Assembly (NCBI GenBank): GCA_964016885.1
Contig: OZ024740.1
Location: 16,182,001-16,246,000 of the forward strand
Direction of reading: 5' to 3'
From: Eledone cirrhosa
Taxonomy: Eukaryota
Length of the DNA: 64,000 nucleotides
Part shown: positions 26,901 to 39,450 of the stretch, in pieces
Position numbering within the stretch: the stretch's first letter is position 1
Layout: the number at the start of each line of letters is the position of its first letter
Position numbers and translations under genes: made by a program
Notes under the pieces: model-generated
The model's input: the letters and a program-made list of their open reading frames with translations, nothing else
Told to the model about the DNA's origin: nothing
Databases searched by the model: none

Positions 26901-29900
26901 GGTCGTTAGAGAAGAAACTCTCAGGAGAGCTGGACAGCAGAAGGTCTTCAGAGAAGAAACTGTCAGGAGAGCTGGACAGCAGAAGGTCTTCAGAGAAGAT
27001 ACTCTCACGAGAGCTGGACAGCAGAAGGTCTTCAGAGAAGAAACTCTCAGGAGAGCTGGACAGCAGAAGGTCTTCAGAGAAGAAACTCTCAGGAGAGCTG
27101 GACAGCAGAAGGTCTTTAGAGGAGAAACTCTCAGGAGAGCTAGACAGCAGAAGGTCTTCAGAAAAGAATCTCTCATGACAGCTGGACAGCAGAAGGTCTT
27201 CAGAGAAGAAACTCTCAGGAGAGCTAGACAGCAGAAGGACTTCAGAGCAGAAACTCTAGGGAGAGCTGGACAGCAGAAGGTCTACAGTGAAGAAACTCAG
27301 GAGAGCTAGACAGCAGAATGTCTTCAGAGAAGAAACTGTCAGGAAAGCTGGACAGCAGAAGGTCTTCAGAGAAGAAACTCTCACGAGAGCTAGACAGCAG
27401 AAGGTCTTCAGAGTAGAAACTCTAAGGAGAGCTGGACAGCAGAAGGGCTTCAGAGGAGAATCTCTCAGGAGAGCTGGATAGCAGAAGGTCTTCAGAGAAG
27501 AAACTGTCAGGAGAGCTGGACAGCAGAAGGTCGTGACAGAAGAAACTCTCAGGAGAGCTGGACAGCAGAAGGTCTTCAGAGAAGATACTCTCACGAGAGC
27601 TGGACAGCAGAAGGTCTTCAGAGAAGAAACTCTCAGGAGAGCTGGACAGCAGAAGGTCTTCAGAGAAGAAACTCTCAGGAGAGCTGGACAGCAGAAGGTC
27701 TTTTGAGGAGAAATTCTCAGGAGAGCTAGACAGCAGAAGGTCTTCAGAGAAGAATCTCTCCGGAGAGCTGGACAGCAGAAGGTCTTCAGAGAAGAAACTC
27801 TGAGGAGAGCTGGACAGCAGAAGGTCTTCAGAGAAGAAACTCTGAGAAGAGTTGTACAGTAAGTCTTCAGAGAAGAAACTCTCAGGAGAGCTGGACAGCA
27901 GAAGGTCTTCAGAGAAGAAACTCTCAGGAGAGCTAGACAGCAGAAGGTCTTCAGAGGAGTAACTCTCAGGAGAGATAGACAGCAGAAGGTCTTCAGAGAA
28001 GAAACTCTCAGGAGAGCTGGACAGCAGAAGGTCTTCAGAGAAGAAACTCTCAGGAGAGCTGGACAGCAGAAGGTCTTCAGAGAAGAAACTCTTAGGAGAG
28101 CTGGATAGCAGAAGGTCTTCAGAGAAGAAACTCTCGGGAGAGCTGGACAGCAGAAGGTCTTTAGAGAAGAAACTCTCAGGAAGGCTAGACAGCAGAAGGT
28201 CTTCAGAATACAAACTGCCATGAGAGTTGGACAGCAGAAGGTCTTTAGAGAAGAAACTGTCAGGAGAGCTGGACAGCAGAAGGTCTTTAGAGAAGAAACT
28301 GTCAGGAGAGCTGGACAGCAGAAGGTCTTCAGAGAAGAAACTCTTAGGAGAGCTGGATAGCAGAAGGTCTTCAGAGAAGAAACTCTCAGGAGAGCTGGAC
28401 AGCAGAAGGTCTTTAGAGAAGAAACTCTCAGGAGAGCTGGATAGCAGAAGGTCTTCAGAGAAGAAACATTCGGGAGAGCTTGACAGCAGAAGGTCTTTAG
28501 AGAAGAAACTCTAAGGAGAGCTAGACAGCAGAAGGTCTTCAGAGAAGAAACTCTCAGGAGAGCTGGACAGCAGAAGGTCTTTAGAGAAGAAACTCTCAGG
28601 AGAGCTAGACAGCAGAAAGTCTTCAGAGAAGAAACTCTCAGGAGAGCTGGACAGCAGAAGGTCTTCAGAGAAGAAACTCTCAGGAGAGCTGGACAGCAGA
28701 AGGTCTTTAGAGAAGAAACTCTCAGGAGAGCGAGACAGCAGAATGTCTTCAGAGAAGAAACTCTCCGCAGAGCTGGACAGCAGAAGGTCTTCAGAGAAGA
28801 AACTCTGAGGGGAGCTGGACAGCAGAAGGTCTTCAGAGAAGAAACTCTGAGAAGTGTTGTACAGTAGGTCTTCAGAGAAGAAACTGTCAGGAGAGCTGGA
28901 CAGCAGAAGGTCTTCAGAGAAGAAACTCTCAGGAGAGATGGACAGCAGAAGGTCTTTAGAGAAGAAACTCTCAGGAGAGCTAGACAGCAGAAGGTCTTCA
29001 TAGAAGAAACATTTCAGGAGAGCTGGATAGCAGAAGGTCTTCAGAGAAGAAACTCTCAGGAGAGCTGGACAGCAGGAGGTCTTCAGAAAAGAATCGCTCA
29101 TGAGAGCTGGACAGCAGAAGGTCTTCAGAGAAGAAACTCTCAGGAGAGCTAGACAGCAGAAGGTCTTCAGAGAAGAAACTGTCAGGAAAGCTGGACAGCA
29201 GAAGGTCTTCAGAGAAGAAACTCTCAGGAGAGCTAGACAGCAGAAGGTCTTCAGAGTAGAAACTCTCAGGAGAGCTGGACAGCAGAAGGGCTTCAGAGAA
29301 GAATCTCTCAGGAGAGCTGGACAGCAGAAGGTCTTCAGAGAAGAAACTCTCAGGAGAGCTAGACAGCAGAAGGTCTTCAGAGAAGATACTCTCACGAGAG
29401 CTGGACAGCAGAAGGTCTTCAGAGAAGAAACTCTCAGGAGAGCTGGACAGCAGAAGGTCTTCAGAGAAGAAATTCTCAGGAGAGCTGGACAGCAGAAGGT
29501 CTTTAGAGGAGAAACTCTCAGGAGAGCTAGACAGCAGAAGGTCTTCAGAGAAGAAACTCTCCGGAGAGCTGGACATCAGAAGGTCTTCAGAGAAGAAACT
29601 CTGAGGAGAGCTGGACAGCAGAAGGTCTTCAGAGAAGAAACTGTCAGGAGAGCTGGACAGCAGAAGGTCTTCACAGAAGAAACTCTTAGGAGAGCTGGAT
29701 AGCAGAAGGTCTTCAGAGACGAAACTCTAAGGAGAGCTGGACAGCAGAAGGTCTTTAGAGAAGAAACTCTCAGGAGAGCTGGATAGCAGAAGGTCTTCAG
29801 AGAAGAAACTTTCGGGAGAGCTGGACAGCAGAAGGTCTTTAGAGAAGAAACTCTCAGGAGAGCTAGACAGCAGAAGGTCTTCAGAGAAGAAACTCTCAGG

Positions 29901-30269
29901 AGAGCTGGACAGCAGCAGGTCTTCAGAGAAGAAACTCTCAGGAGAGCTGGATAGCAGAAGGTCTTCAGAGAAGAAACTCTCAGGAGAGCTGGTCAGCAGA
30001 AGGTCTTCAGAGAAGAAACTCTTAGGAGAGCTGGATAGTAGAAGGTCTTCAGAGAAGAAACTCTCGGGAGAGCTGGACAGCAGAAGGTCTTTAGAGAAGA
30101 AACTCTCAGGAGAGCTAGACAGCAGAAGGTCTTCATAGAAGAAACACTCAGGAGAGCTGGACAGCAGAAGGTCTTCAGAGAAGAAACTCTTAGGAGAGCT
30201 GGATAGCAGAAGGTCTTCAGAAAAGAAACTCTCAGGAGAGCTGGACAGCAGAAGGTCTTTAGAGAAGAA
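23061..30269 (+). repeat. Tandem duplication of a 3603-bp unit (86 monomers): ~23061-26663 and ~26664-30269
   Basis: ORF pairs at exact offset 3603 (23653/27256, 24624/28227, 25497/29100). 86x42 = 3612, and the observed indels (-2,-2,-3,-3,+1) give 3603. I saw only a handful of substitutions between the copies. Confidence 0.93.
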
Positions 30270-32990
30270 ACTCTCAGGAGAGCTGGATAGCAGAAGGTCT
30301 TCAGAGAAGAAACTTTCGGGAGAGCTGGACAGCAGAAGGTCTTTAGAGAAGAAACTCTAAGGAGAGCTAGACAGCAGAAGGTCTTCAGAGAAGAAACTCT
30401 CAGGAGAGCTGGACAGCAGAAGGTCTTTAGAGAAGAAACTCTCAGGAGAGCTAGACAGCAGAAGGTCTTCAGAGAAGAAATGGTCATGAGAGCTGGACAG
30501 CAGAAGGTCTTTAGAGAAGAAACTGTCAGGAGAGCTGGACAGCAGAAGGTCTTTAGAGAAGAAACTCTCAGGAGAGCTGGACAGCAGAAGGTCTTCAGAG
30601 AAGAAACTGTCAGGTGAGCTGGGCAGCAGAAGGTCTTCAGAGAAAGAACTCTCAGGAGAGCTAGACAGCAGAAGGTCTTCAGAGAAGATACTCTCATGAG
30701 AGCTGGACAGCAGAAGGTCTTCAGAGATGTAACTGTCAGGAGAGCTGGACAGTAGGTCTTCAGAGAAGAAACTCTCAGGAGAGCTGGACAGCAGAAGGTC
30801 TTTAGAGGAGAAACTCTCAGGAGAGCTAGACAGCAGAAGGTCTTCAGAGAAGAAACTCTCCGGAGAGCTGGACAGCAGAAGTTCTTCAGAGAAGAAACTC
30901 TGAGGAGAGCTGGACAGCAGAAGGTCTTCAGAGAAGAAACTCTGAGATGAGTTGTACAGTAGGTCTTCAGAGAAGAAACTCTCAGGAGAGCTAGTCAGCA
31001 GAAGGTCTTCAGAGGAGAAACTCTCAGGAGAGCTGAACAGCAGAAGGTCTTCAGAGTGAATACTCTCGGGAGAGCTGGACAGCAGAAAGTCTTTAGAGAA
31101 GAAACACTCAGGAGAGCTAGACAGCAGAAGGTCTTCAGAGAAGAAACTGTCAGGAGAGCTGGACAGCAGAAGGTCTTTAGAGAAGAAACTGTCAGGAGAG
31201 CTGGACAGCAGAAGGTCTTTAGAGAAGAAACTGTCAGGAGAGCTGGACAGTAGAAGGTCTTTAGAGAAGAAACTCTCAGGAGAGCTGGACAGTAGAACGT
31301 CTTCACAGAAGAAACTGTCAGGAGACCTGGACAGCAGAAGGTCTTTAGAGAAGAAACTCTCAGGAGAGCTGGCCAGCAGAAGGTCTTCAGAAAAGAAACT
31401 GTCATGAGAGCTGGACAGCAGAAGGTCTTCAGAGAAGAAACTCTCAGGAGAGCTGGACAGCAGAAGGTCTTCAGAGAAGAAACTCTCAGGAGAGCTGGAC
31501 AGCAGAAGGTCTTTAGAGGAGAAACTCTCAGGAGATCTAGACAGCAGAAGGTCTTCAGAGAAGAAACTCTCCGGAGAGCTGGACAGCAGAAGGTCTTCAC
31601 AGAAGAAACTCTTAGGAGAGCTGGATAGCAGAAGGTCTTCAGAGACGAAACTCTCAGGAGAGCTGGACAGCAGAAGGTCTTTAGAGAAGAAACTCTCAGG
31701 AGAGCTGGATAGCAGAAGGTCTTCAGAGAAGAAACTTTCGGGAGAGCTGGACAGCAGAAGGTCTTTAGAGAAGAAACTCTCAGGAGAGCTAGACAGCAGA
31801 AGGTCTTCAGAGAAGAAACTCTCAGGAGAGCTGGACAGCAGAAGTTCTTCAGAGAAGAAACTCTCAGGTGAGCTGGACAGCAGAAGGTCTTCAGAGAAGA
31901 AACTCTCAGGAGAGCTGGTCAGCAGAAGGTCTTCAGAGAAGAAACTCTTAGGAGAGCTGGATAGTAGAAGGTCTTCAGAGAAGAAACTCTCGGGAGAGCT
32001 GGACAGCAGAAGGTCTTTAGAGAAGAAACTCTCAGGAGAGCTAGACAGCAGAAGGTCTTCATAGAAGAAACACTCAGGAGAGCTGGACAGCAGAAGGTCT
32101 TCAGAGAAGAAACTCTTAGGAGAGCTGGATAGCAGAAGGTCTTCAGAAAAGAAACTCTCAGGAGAGCTGGACAGCAGAAGGTCTTTAGAGAAGAAACTCT
32201 CAAGAGAGCTGGATAGCAGAAGGTCTTCAGAGAAGAAACTTTCGGGAGAGCTGGACAGCAGAAGGTCTTTAGAGAAGAAACTCTAAGGAGAGCTAGACAG
32301 CAGAAGGTCTTCAGAGAAGAAACTCTCAGGAGAGCTGGACAGCAGAAGGTCTTTAGAGAAGAAACTCTCAGGAGAGCTAGACAGCAGAAGGTCTTCAGAG
32401 AAGAAATGGTCATGAGAGCTGGACAGCAGAAGGTCTTTAGAGAAGAAACTGTCAGGAGAGCTGGACAGCAGAAGGTCTTTAGAGAAGAAACTCTCAGGAG
32501 AGCTGGACAGCAGAAGGTCTTCAGAGAAGAAACTGTCAGGAGAGCTGGACAGCAGAAGGTCTTCAGAGAAAGAACTCTCAGGAGAGCTAGACAGCAGAAG
32601 GTCTTCAGAGAAGATACTCTCATGAGAGCTGGACAGCAGAAGGTCTTCAGAGATGAAACTGTCAGGAGAGCTGGACAGTAGGTCTTCAGAGAAGAAACTC
32701 TCAGGAGAGCTGGACAGCAGAAGGTCTTCAGAGAAGAAATTCTCAGGAGAGCTGGACAGCAGAAGGTCTTTAGAGGAGAAACTCTCAGGAGAGCTAGACA
32801 GCAGAAGGTCTTCAGAGAAGAAACTCTCCGGAGAGCTGGACAGCAGAAGTTCTTCAGAGAAGAAACTCTGAGGAGAGCTGGACAGCAGAAGGTCTTCAGA
32901 GAAGAAACTCTGAGATGAGTTGTACAGTAGGTCTTCAGAGAAGAAACTCTCAGGAGAGCTAGTCAGCAGAAGGTCTTCAGAGGAGAAACT
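29650..32990 (+). repeat. Partial duplication at offset 1926 (1968 after one extra monomer)
   Basis: TCACAG marker at 29671 and 31597, near-identical ORFs at 29993 and 31919, and shared AAATGGTCATG and GAAAGAACTC markers. Confidence 0.8.
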
Positions 32991-35900
32991 CTCAGGAGAG
33001 ATAGACAGCAGAAGGTCTTCAGAGAAGAAACTCTCAGGAGAGCTGTACAGCAGAAGGTCTTTAGAGAAGAAACTTTCAGGAGAGCTAGACAGCAGAAGGT
33101 CTTCAGAGAAGAAACTGTCAGGAGAGTTGGACAGCAGAAGGTCTTTAGAGAAGAAACTGTCACGAGAGCTGGACAGCAGAAGGTCTTTAGAGAAGAAACT
33201 CTCAGGAGAGCTAGTCAGCAGAAGGTCTTCAGAGAAGAAACTCTCCGGAGAGCTGGACAGCAGAAGGTCTTCAGAGAATAAACTCTGAGGAGCGCTGGAC
33301 AGCAGAAGGTCTTCAGAGAAGAAACTCTCAGGAGAGCTAGACAGCAGAAGGTCTTCAGAGAAGAAACTGTCAGGAGAGCTGGACAGCAGAATGTCTTCAG
33401 AGATGAAACTGTCAGGAGAGCTGGACAGTAGGTCTTCAGAGAAGAAACTCTCGGGAGAGCTGCACAGCAGAAGGTCTTTAGAGAAGAAACTCTCAAGAGA
33501 GCTGGACATCAGAAGGTCTTCAGAGAAGAAACTGTCAGGAGAGCTGGACAGCAGAAGGTCTTTAGAGAAGAAACTCTCAGGAGAGCTGAACAGCAGAAGG
33601 TCTTTAGAGAAGAAACTGTCAGGAGAGCTGGACAGTAGAAGGTCTTTAGAGAAGAAACTCTCAGGAGAGCTGGACTGCAGAAGGTCTTTAGAGAAGAAAC
33701 TCTCAGGAGAGCTGGCCAGCAGAAGGTCTTTAGAGAAGAAACTCTCAGGAGACCTGGACAGCAGAAGGTCTTTAGAGAAGAAACTCTCAGGAGAGCTGGC
33801 CAGCAGAAGGTCTTCAGAAAAGAAACTGTCATGAGAGCTGGACAGCAGAAGGTCTTCAGAGAAGAAACTCTCAGGAGAGCTGGACAGTAGAAGGTCTTCA
33901 GAGAAGAAACTCTCAGGAGAGCTGGACAGCAGAAGGTCTTCAGAGAAGAAACTCTCAGGAGAGATAGACAGCAGAAGGTCTTCAGAGAAGAAACTCTCAG
34001 GAGAGATGGACAGCAGAAGGTCTTTAGAGAAGAAACTCTTGGGAGAGCTGGACAGCAGAAGTTCTTCAGAGAAGAAACTCTCAGGAGTGTTGGACAGCAG
34101 AAGGTCTTCAGAGAAGAAACTCTCGGGAGAGCTGGACAGCAGAAGGTCTTTAGAGAAGAAACTCTCAGGAGAGCTAGACAGCAGAAGGTCTTCAGAGAAG
34201 AAACTCTCGGGAGAGCTGGACAGCAGAAGGTCTTCAGAGATGAAACTGTCAGGAGAGCTGGACAGCAGAAGGTCTTCAGAGAAGAAACTCTCAGGAGAGC
34301 TGGACAGCAGAAGGTCTTCAGAGATGAAACTGTCAGGAGAGCTGGACAGCAGAAGGTCTTCAGAGGAGAAACTCTCAGGAGAGCTAGACGGCAGAAGGTC
34401 TTCAGAGAAGAAACTCTCCGGAGAGCTGAACAGCAGAAGGTCTTCAGAGAAGAAACCCAGAGGAGAGCTGGACAGCAGAAGGTCTTCACAGAAGAAACTG
34501 TCAGGAGACCTGGACAGCAGAAGGTCTTTAGAGAAGAAACTCTCAGGAGAGCTGGCCAGCAGAAGGTCTTCAGAGAAGAAACTGTCAGGAGAGCTGGACA
34601 GCAGAATGTCTTCAGAGAAGAAACTCTCAGGAGAGCTAGTCACCAGAAGGTCTTCAGAGATGAAACTGTCAGGAAAGCTGGACAGTAGGTCTTCAGCGAA
34701 GAAACTCTCGGGAGAGCTGGACAGCAGAATGTCTTTAGAAAAGAAACTCTCAAGAGAGCTGGACAGTAGAAGGTCTTTAAAGAAGAAACTCTCAGGAGAG
34801 CTGGACAGCAGAAGGTCTTCAGAGACGAAACTGTCAGGAGAACTGGACAGCAGAAGGTCTTTAGAGAAGAAACTCTCACGAGAGCTGGACAGCAGAAGGT
34901 TTTTAGAGAAGAAGATCTCAGGAGAGCTGGACAGCAGAAGGTCTTCAGAAAAGAAACTGTCATGAGAGCTGGACAGCAGAAGGTCCTCAGAGAAGAAACT
35001 CTCACGAGAGCTGGACAGCAGAAGGTTTTTAGAGAAGAAGATCTCAGGAGAGCTGGACAGCAGAAGGTCTTCAGAGAAGAAACTCTCAGGAGAGCTGGAC
35101 AGCAGAAGGTCTTCAGAGAAGAAACTCTCAGGAGAGCTGGTCAGCAGAAGGTCTTCAGAGAAGAAACTCTTAGGAGAGCTGGACAGCAGGAGGTCTTCAG
35201 AAAAGAATCGCTCATGAGAGCTGGACAGCAGAAGGTCTTCAGAGAAGAAACTCTCCGGAGAGCTAGACAGCAGAAGGTCTTCAGAGAAGAAACTCTAGGG
35301 AGAGCTGGACAGCAGAAGGTCTTCAGTGAAGAAACTCAGGAGAGCTAGACAGCAGAAGGTCTTCAGAGAAGAAACTCTCAGGAGAGCTGGACAGCAGAAG
35401 GTCTTCAGAGAAAGAACTCTCAGGAGAGCTAGACAGCAGAAGGTCTTCAGAGAAGATACTCTCACGAGAGCTGGACAGCAGAAGGTCTTCAGAGAAGAAA
35501 CTCTGAGATGAGTTGTACAGTAGGTCTTCAGAGAAGAAACTCTCAGGAGAGCTAGTCAGCAGAAGGTCTTCAGAGGAGAAACTCTCAGGAGAGTTGGACA
35601 GCAGAAGGTCTTCAGAGAAGAAACTGTCTGGAGAGTTGGACAGCAGAAGGTCTTTAGAGAAGAAACTGTCAGGAGAGCTGGACAGCAGAAGGTCTTTAGA
35701 GAAGAAACTCTCAGGAGAGCTAGACAGCAGAAGGTCTTCAGAGAAGAAACTCTCCGGAGAGCTGGACAGCAGAAGGTCTTCAGAGAATAAACTCTGAGGA
35801 GAGCTGGACAGCAGAAGGTCTTTAGAGAAGAAACTCTCAAGAGAGCTGGATAGCAGAAGGTCTTCAGAGAAGAAACTTTCGGGAGAGCTGGACAGCAGAA

Positions 35901-38900
35901 GGTCTTTAGAGAAGAAACTCTAAGGAGAGCTAGACAGCAGAAGGTCTTCAGAGAAGAAACTCTCAGGAGAGCTGGACAGCAGAAGGTCTTTAGAGAAGAA
36001 ACTGTCAGGAGAGCTGGACAGCAGAAGGTCTTTAGAGAAGAAACTCTCAGGAGAGCTGGACAGCAGAAGGTCTTCAGAGAAGAAACTGTCAGGAGAGCTG
36101 GACAGCAGAAGGTCTTCAGAGAAAGAACTCTCAGGAGAGCTAGACAGCAGAAGGTCTTCAGAGAAGATACTCTCATGAGAGCTGGACAGCAGAAGGTCTT
36201 CAGAGATGAAACTGTCAGGAGAGCTGGACAGTAGGTCTTCAGAGAAGAAACTCTCAGGAGAGCTGGACAGCAGAAGGTCTTCAGAGAAGAAATTCTCAGG
36301 AGAGCTGGACAGCAGAAGGTCTTTAGAGGAGAAACTCTCAGGAGAGCTAGACAGCAGAAGGTCTTCAGAGAAGAAACTCTCCGGAGAGCTGGACAGCAGA
36401 AGTTCTTCAGAGAAGAAACTCTGAGGAGAGCTGGACAGCAGAAGGTCTTCAGAGAAGAAACTCTGAGATGAGTTGTACAGTAGGTCTTCAGAGAAGAAAC
36501 TCTCAGGAGAGCTAGTCAGCAGAAGGTCTTCAGAGGAGAAACTCTCAGGAGAGATAGACAGCAGAAGGTCTTCAGAGAAGAAACTCTCAGGAGAGCTGTA
36601 CAGCAGAAGGTCTTTAGAGAAGAAACTTTCAGGAGAGCTAGAGAGCAGAAGGTCTTCAGAGAAGAAACTGTCAGGAGAGTTGGACAGCAGAAGGTCTTTA
36701 GAGAAGAAACTGTCACGAGAGCTGGACAGCAGAAGGTCTTTAGAGAAGAAACTCTCAGGAGAGCTAGTCAGCAGAAGGTCTTCAGAGAAGAAACTCTCCG
36801 GAGAGCTGGACAGCAGAAGGTCTTCAGAGAATAAACTCTGAGGAGCGCTGGACAGCAGAAGGTCTTCAGAGAAGAAACTCTCAGGAGAGCTGGACAGCAG
36901 AAGGTCTTCAGAGATGAAACTGTCAGGAGAGCTGGACAGTAGGTCTTCAGAGAAGAAACTCTCGGGAGAGCTGCACAGCAGAAGGTCTTTAGAGAAGAAA
37001 CTCTCAGGAGAGCTGTAAAGTAAAGGTCTTTAGAGAAGAAACTCTCAAGAGAGCTGGACATCAGAAGGTCTTCAGAGAAGAAACTGTCAGGAGAGCTGGA
37101 CAGCAGAAGGTCTTTAGAGAAGAAACTCTCAGGAGAGCTGAACAGCAGAAGGTCTTCAGAGTAAATACTCTCGGGAGAGCTGGACAGCAGAAAGTCTTTA
37201 GAGAAGAAACACTCAGGAGAGCTAGACAGCAGAAGGTCTTCAGAGAAAAAACTGTCAGGAGAGCTGGACAGCAGAAGGTCTTTAGAGAAGAAACTGTCAG
37301 GAGAGCTGGACAGCAGAAGGTCTTTAGAGAAGAAACTGTCAGGAGAGCTGGACAGTAGAAGGTCTTTAGAGAAGAAACTCTCAGGAGAGCTGGACAGTAG
37401 AACGTCTTCACAGAAGAAACTGTCAGGAGACCTGGACAGCAGAAGGTCTTTAGAGAAGAAACTCTCAGGAGAGCTGGCCAGCAGAAGGTCTTCAGAAAAG
37501 AAACTGTCATGAGAGCTGGACAGCAGAAGGTCTTCAGAGAAGAAACTCTCAGGAGAGCTGGACAGCAGAAGGTCTTCAGAGAAGAAACTCTCAGGAGAGC
37601 TGGACAGCAGAAGGTCTTCAGAGAAGAAACTCTCAGGAGAGATAGACAGCAGAAGGTCTTCAGAGAAGAAACTCTCAGGAGAGATGGACAGCAGAAGGTC
37701 TTTAGAGAAGAAACTCTTGGGAGAGCTGGACAGCAGAAGTTCTTCAGAGAAGAAACTCTCAGGAGCGTTGGACAGCAGAAGGTCTTCAGAGAAGAAACTC
37801 TCGGGAGAGCTGGACAGCAGAAGGTCTTTAGAGAAGAAACTCTCAGGAGAGATAGACAGCAGAAGGTCTTCAGAGAAGAAACTCTCGGGAGAGCTGGACA
37901 GCAGAAGGTCTTCAGAGATGAAACTGTCAGGAGAGCTGGACAGCAGAAGGTCTTCAGAGAAGAAACTCTCAGGAGAGCTGGACAGCAGAAGGTCTTCAGA
38001 GATGAAACTGTCAGGAGAGCTGGACAGCAGAAGGTCTTCAGAGGAGAAACTCTCAGGAGAGCTAGACGGCAGAAGGTCTTCAGAGAAGAAACTCTCCGGA
38101 GAGCTGAACAGCAGAAGGTCTTCAGAGAAGAAACCCAGAGGAGAGCTGGACAGCAGAAGGTCTTCACAGAAGAAACTGTCAGGAGACCTGGACAGCAGAA
38201 GGTCTTTAGAGAAGAAACTCTCAGGAGAGCTGGCCAGCAGAAGGTCTTCAGAGAAGAAACTGTCAGGAGAGCTGGACAGCAGAATGTCTTCAGAGAAGAA
38301 ACTCTCAGGAGAGCTAGTCAGCAGAAGGTCTTCAGAGATGAAACTGTCAGGAAAGCTGGACAGTAGGTCTTCAGAGAAGAAACTCTCGGGAGAGCTGGAC
38401 AGCAGAATGTCTTTAGAAAAGAAACTCTCAGGAGAGCTGGACAGTAGAAGGTCTTTAAAGAAGAAACTCTCAGGAGAGCTGGACAGCAGAAGGTCTTCAG
38501 AGACGAAACTGTCAGGAGAACTGGACAGCAGAAGGTCTTTAGAGAAGAAACTCTCAGGATAGCTGGACAGCAGAAGGTCTTCAGAAAAGAAACTGTCATG
38601 AGAGCTGGACAGCAGAAGGTCCTCAGAGAAGAAACTCTCACGAGAGCTGGACAGCAGAAGGTTTTTAGAGAAGAAGATCTCAGGAGAGCTGGACAGCAGA
38701 AGGTCTTCAGAGAAGAAACTCTCAGGAGAGCTGGACAGCAGAAGGTCTTCAGAGAAGAAACTCTCAGGAGAGCTGGTCAGCAGAAGGTCTTCAGAGAAGA
38801 AACTCTTAGGAGAGCTGGACAGCAGGAGGTCTTCAGAAAAGAATCGCTCATGAGAGCTGGACAGCAGAAGGTCTTCAGAGAAGAAACTCTCCGGAGAGCT

Positions 38901-39450
38901 AGACAGCAGAAGGTCTTCAGAGAAGAAACTCTAGGGAGAGCTGGACAGCAGAAGGTCTTCAGTGAAGAAACTCAGGAGAGCTAGACAGCAGAAGGTCTTC
39001 AGAGAAGAAACTCTCAGGAGAGCTGGACAGCAGAAGGTCTTCAGAGAAAGAACTCTCAGGAGAGCTAGACAGCAGAAGGTCTTCAGAGAAGATACTCTCA
39101 CGAGAGCTGGACAGCAGAAGGTCTTCAGAGAAGAAACTCTGAGATGAGTTGTACAGTAGGTCTTCAGAGAAGAAACTCTCAGGAGAGCTAGTCAGCAGAA
39201 GGTCTTCAGAGGAGAAACTCTCAGGAGAGTTGGACAGCAGAAGGTCTTCAGAGAAGAAACTGTCAGGAGAGTTGGACAGCAGAAGGTCTTTAGAGAAGAA
39301 ACTGTCAGGAGAGCTGGACAGCAGAAGGTCTTTAGAGAAGAAACTCTCAGGAGAGCTAGACAGCAGAAGGTCTTCAGAGAAGAAACTCTCCGGAGAGCTG
39401 GACAGCAGAAGGTCTTCAGAGAATAAACTCTGAGGAGAGCTGGACAGCAG
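32170..39450 (+). repeat. Tandem duplication of a ~3.6-kb unit (offsets 3553-3678), with further diverged partial copies at ~39450-44200 and ~62900-64000
   Basis: ORF pairs 32653/36206 and 32920/36473 (3553), 34006/37684 (3678), and 34962/38598 and 35513/39149 (3636). Marker GAAACCCAGAGG occurs at ~34452, ~38130, ~40554 and ~63946. Confidence 0.85.
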
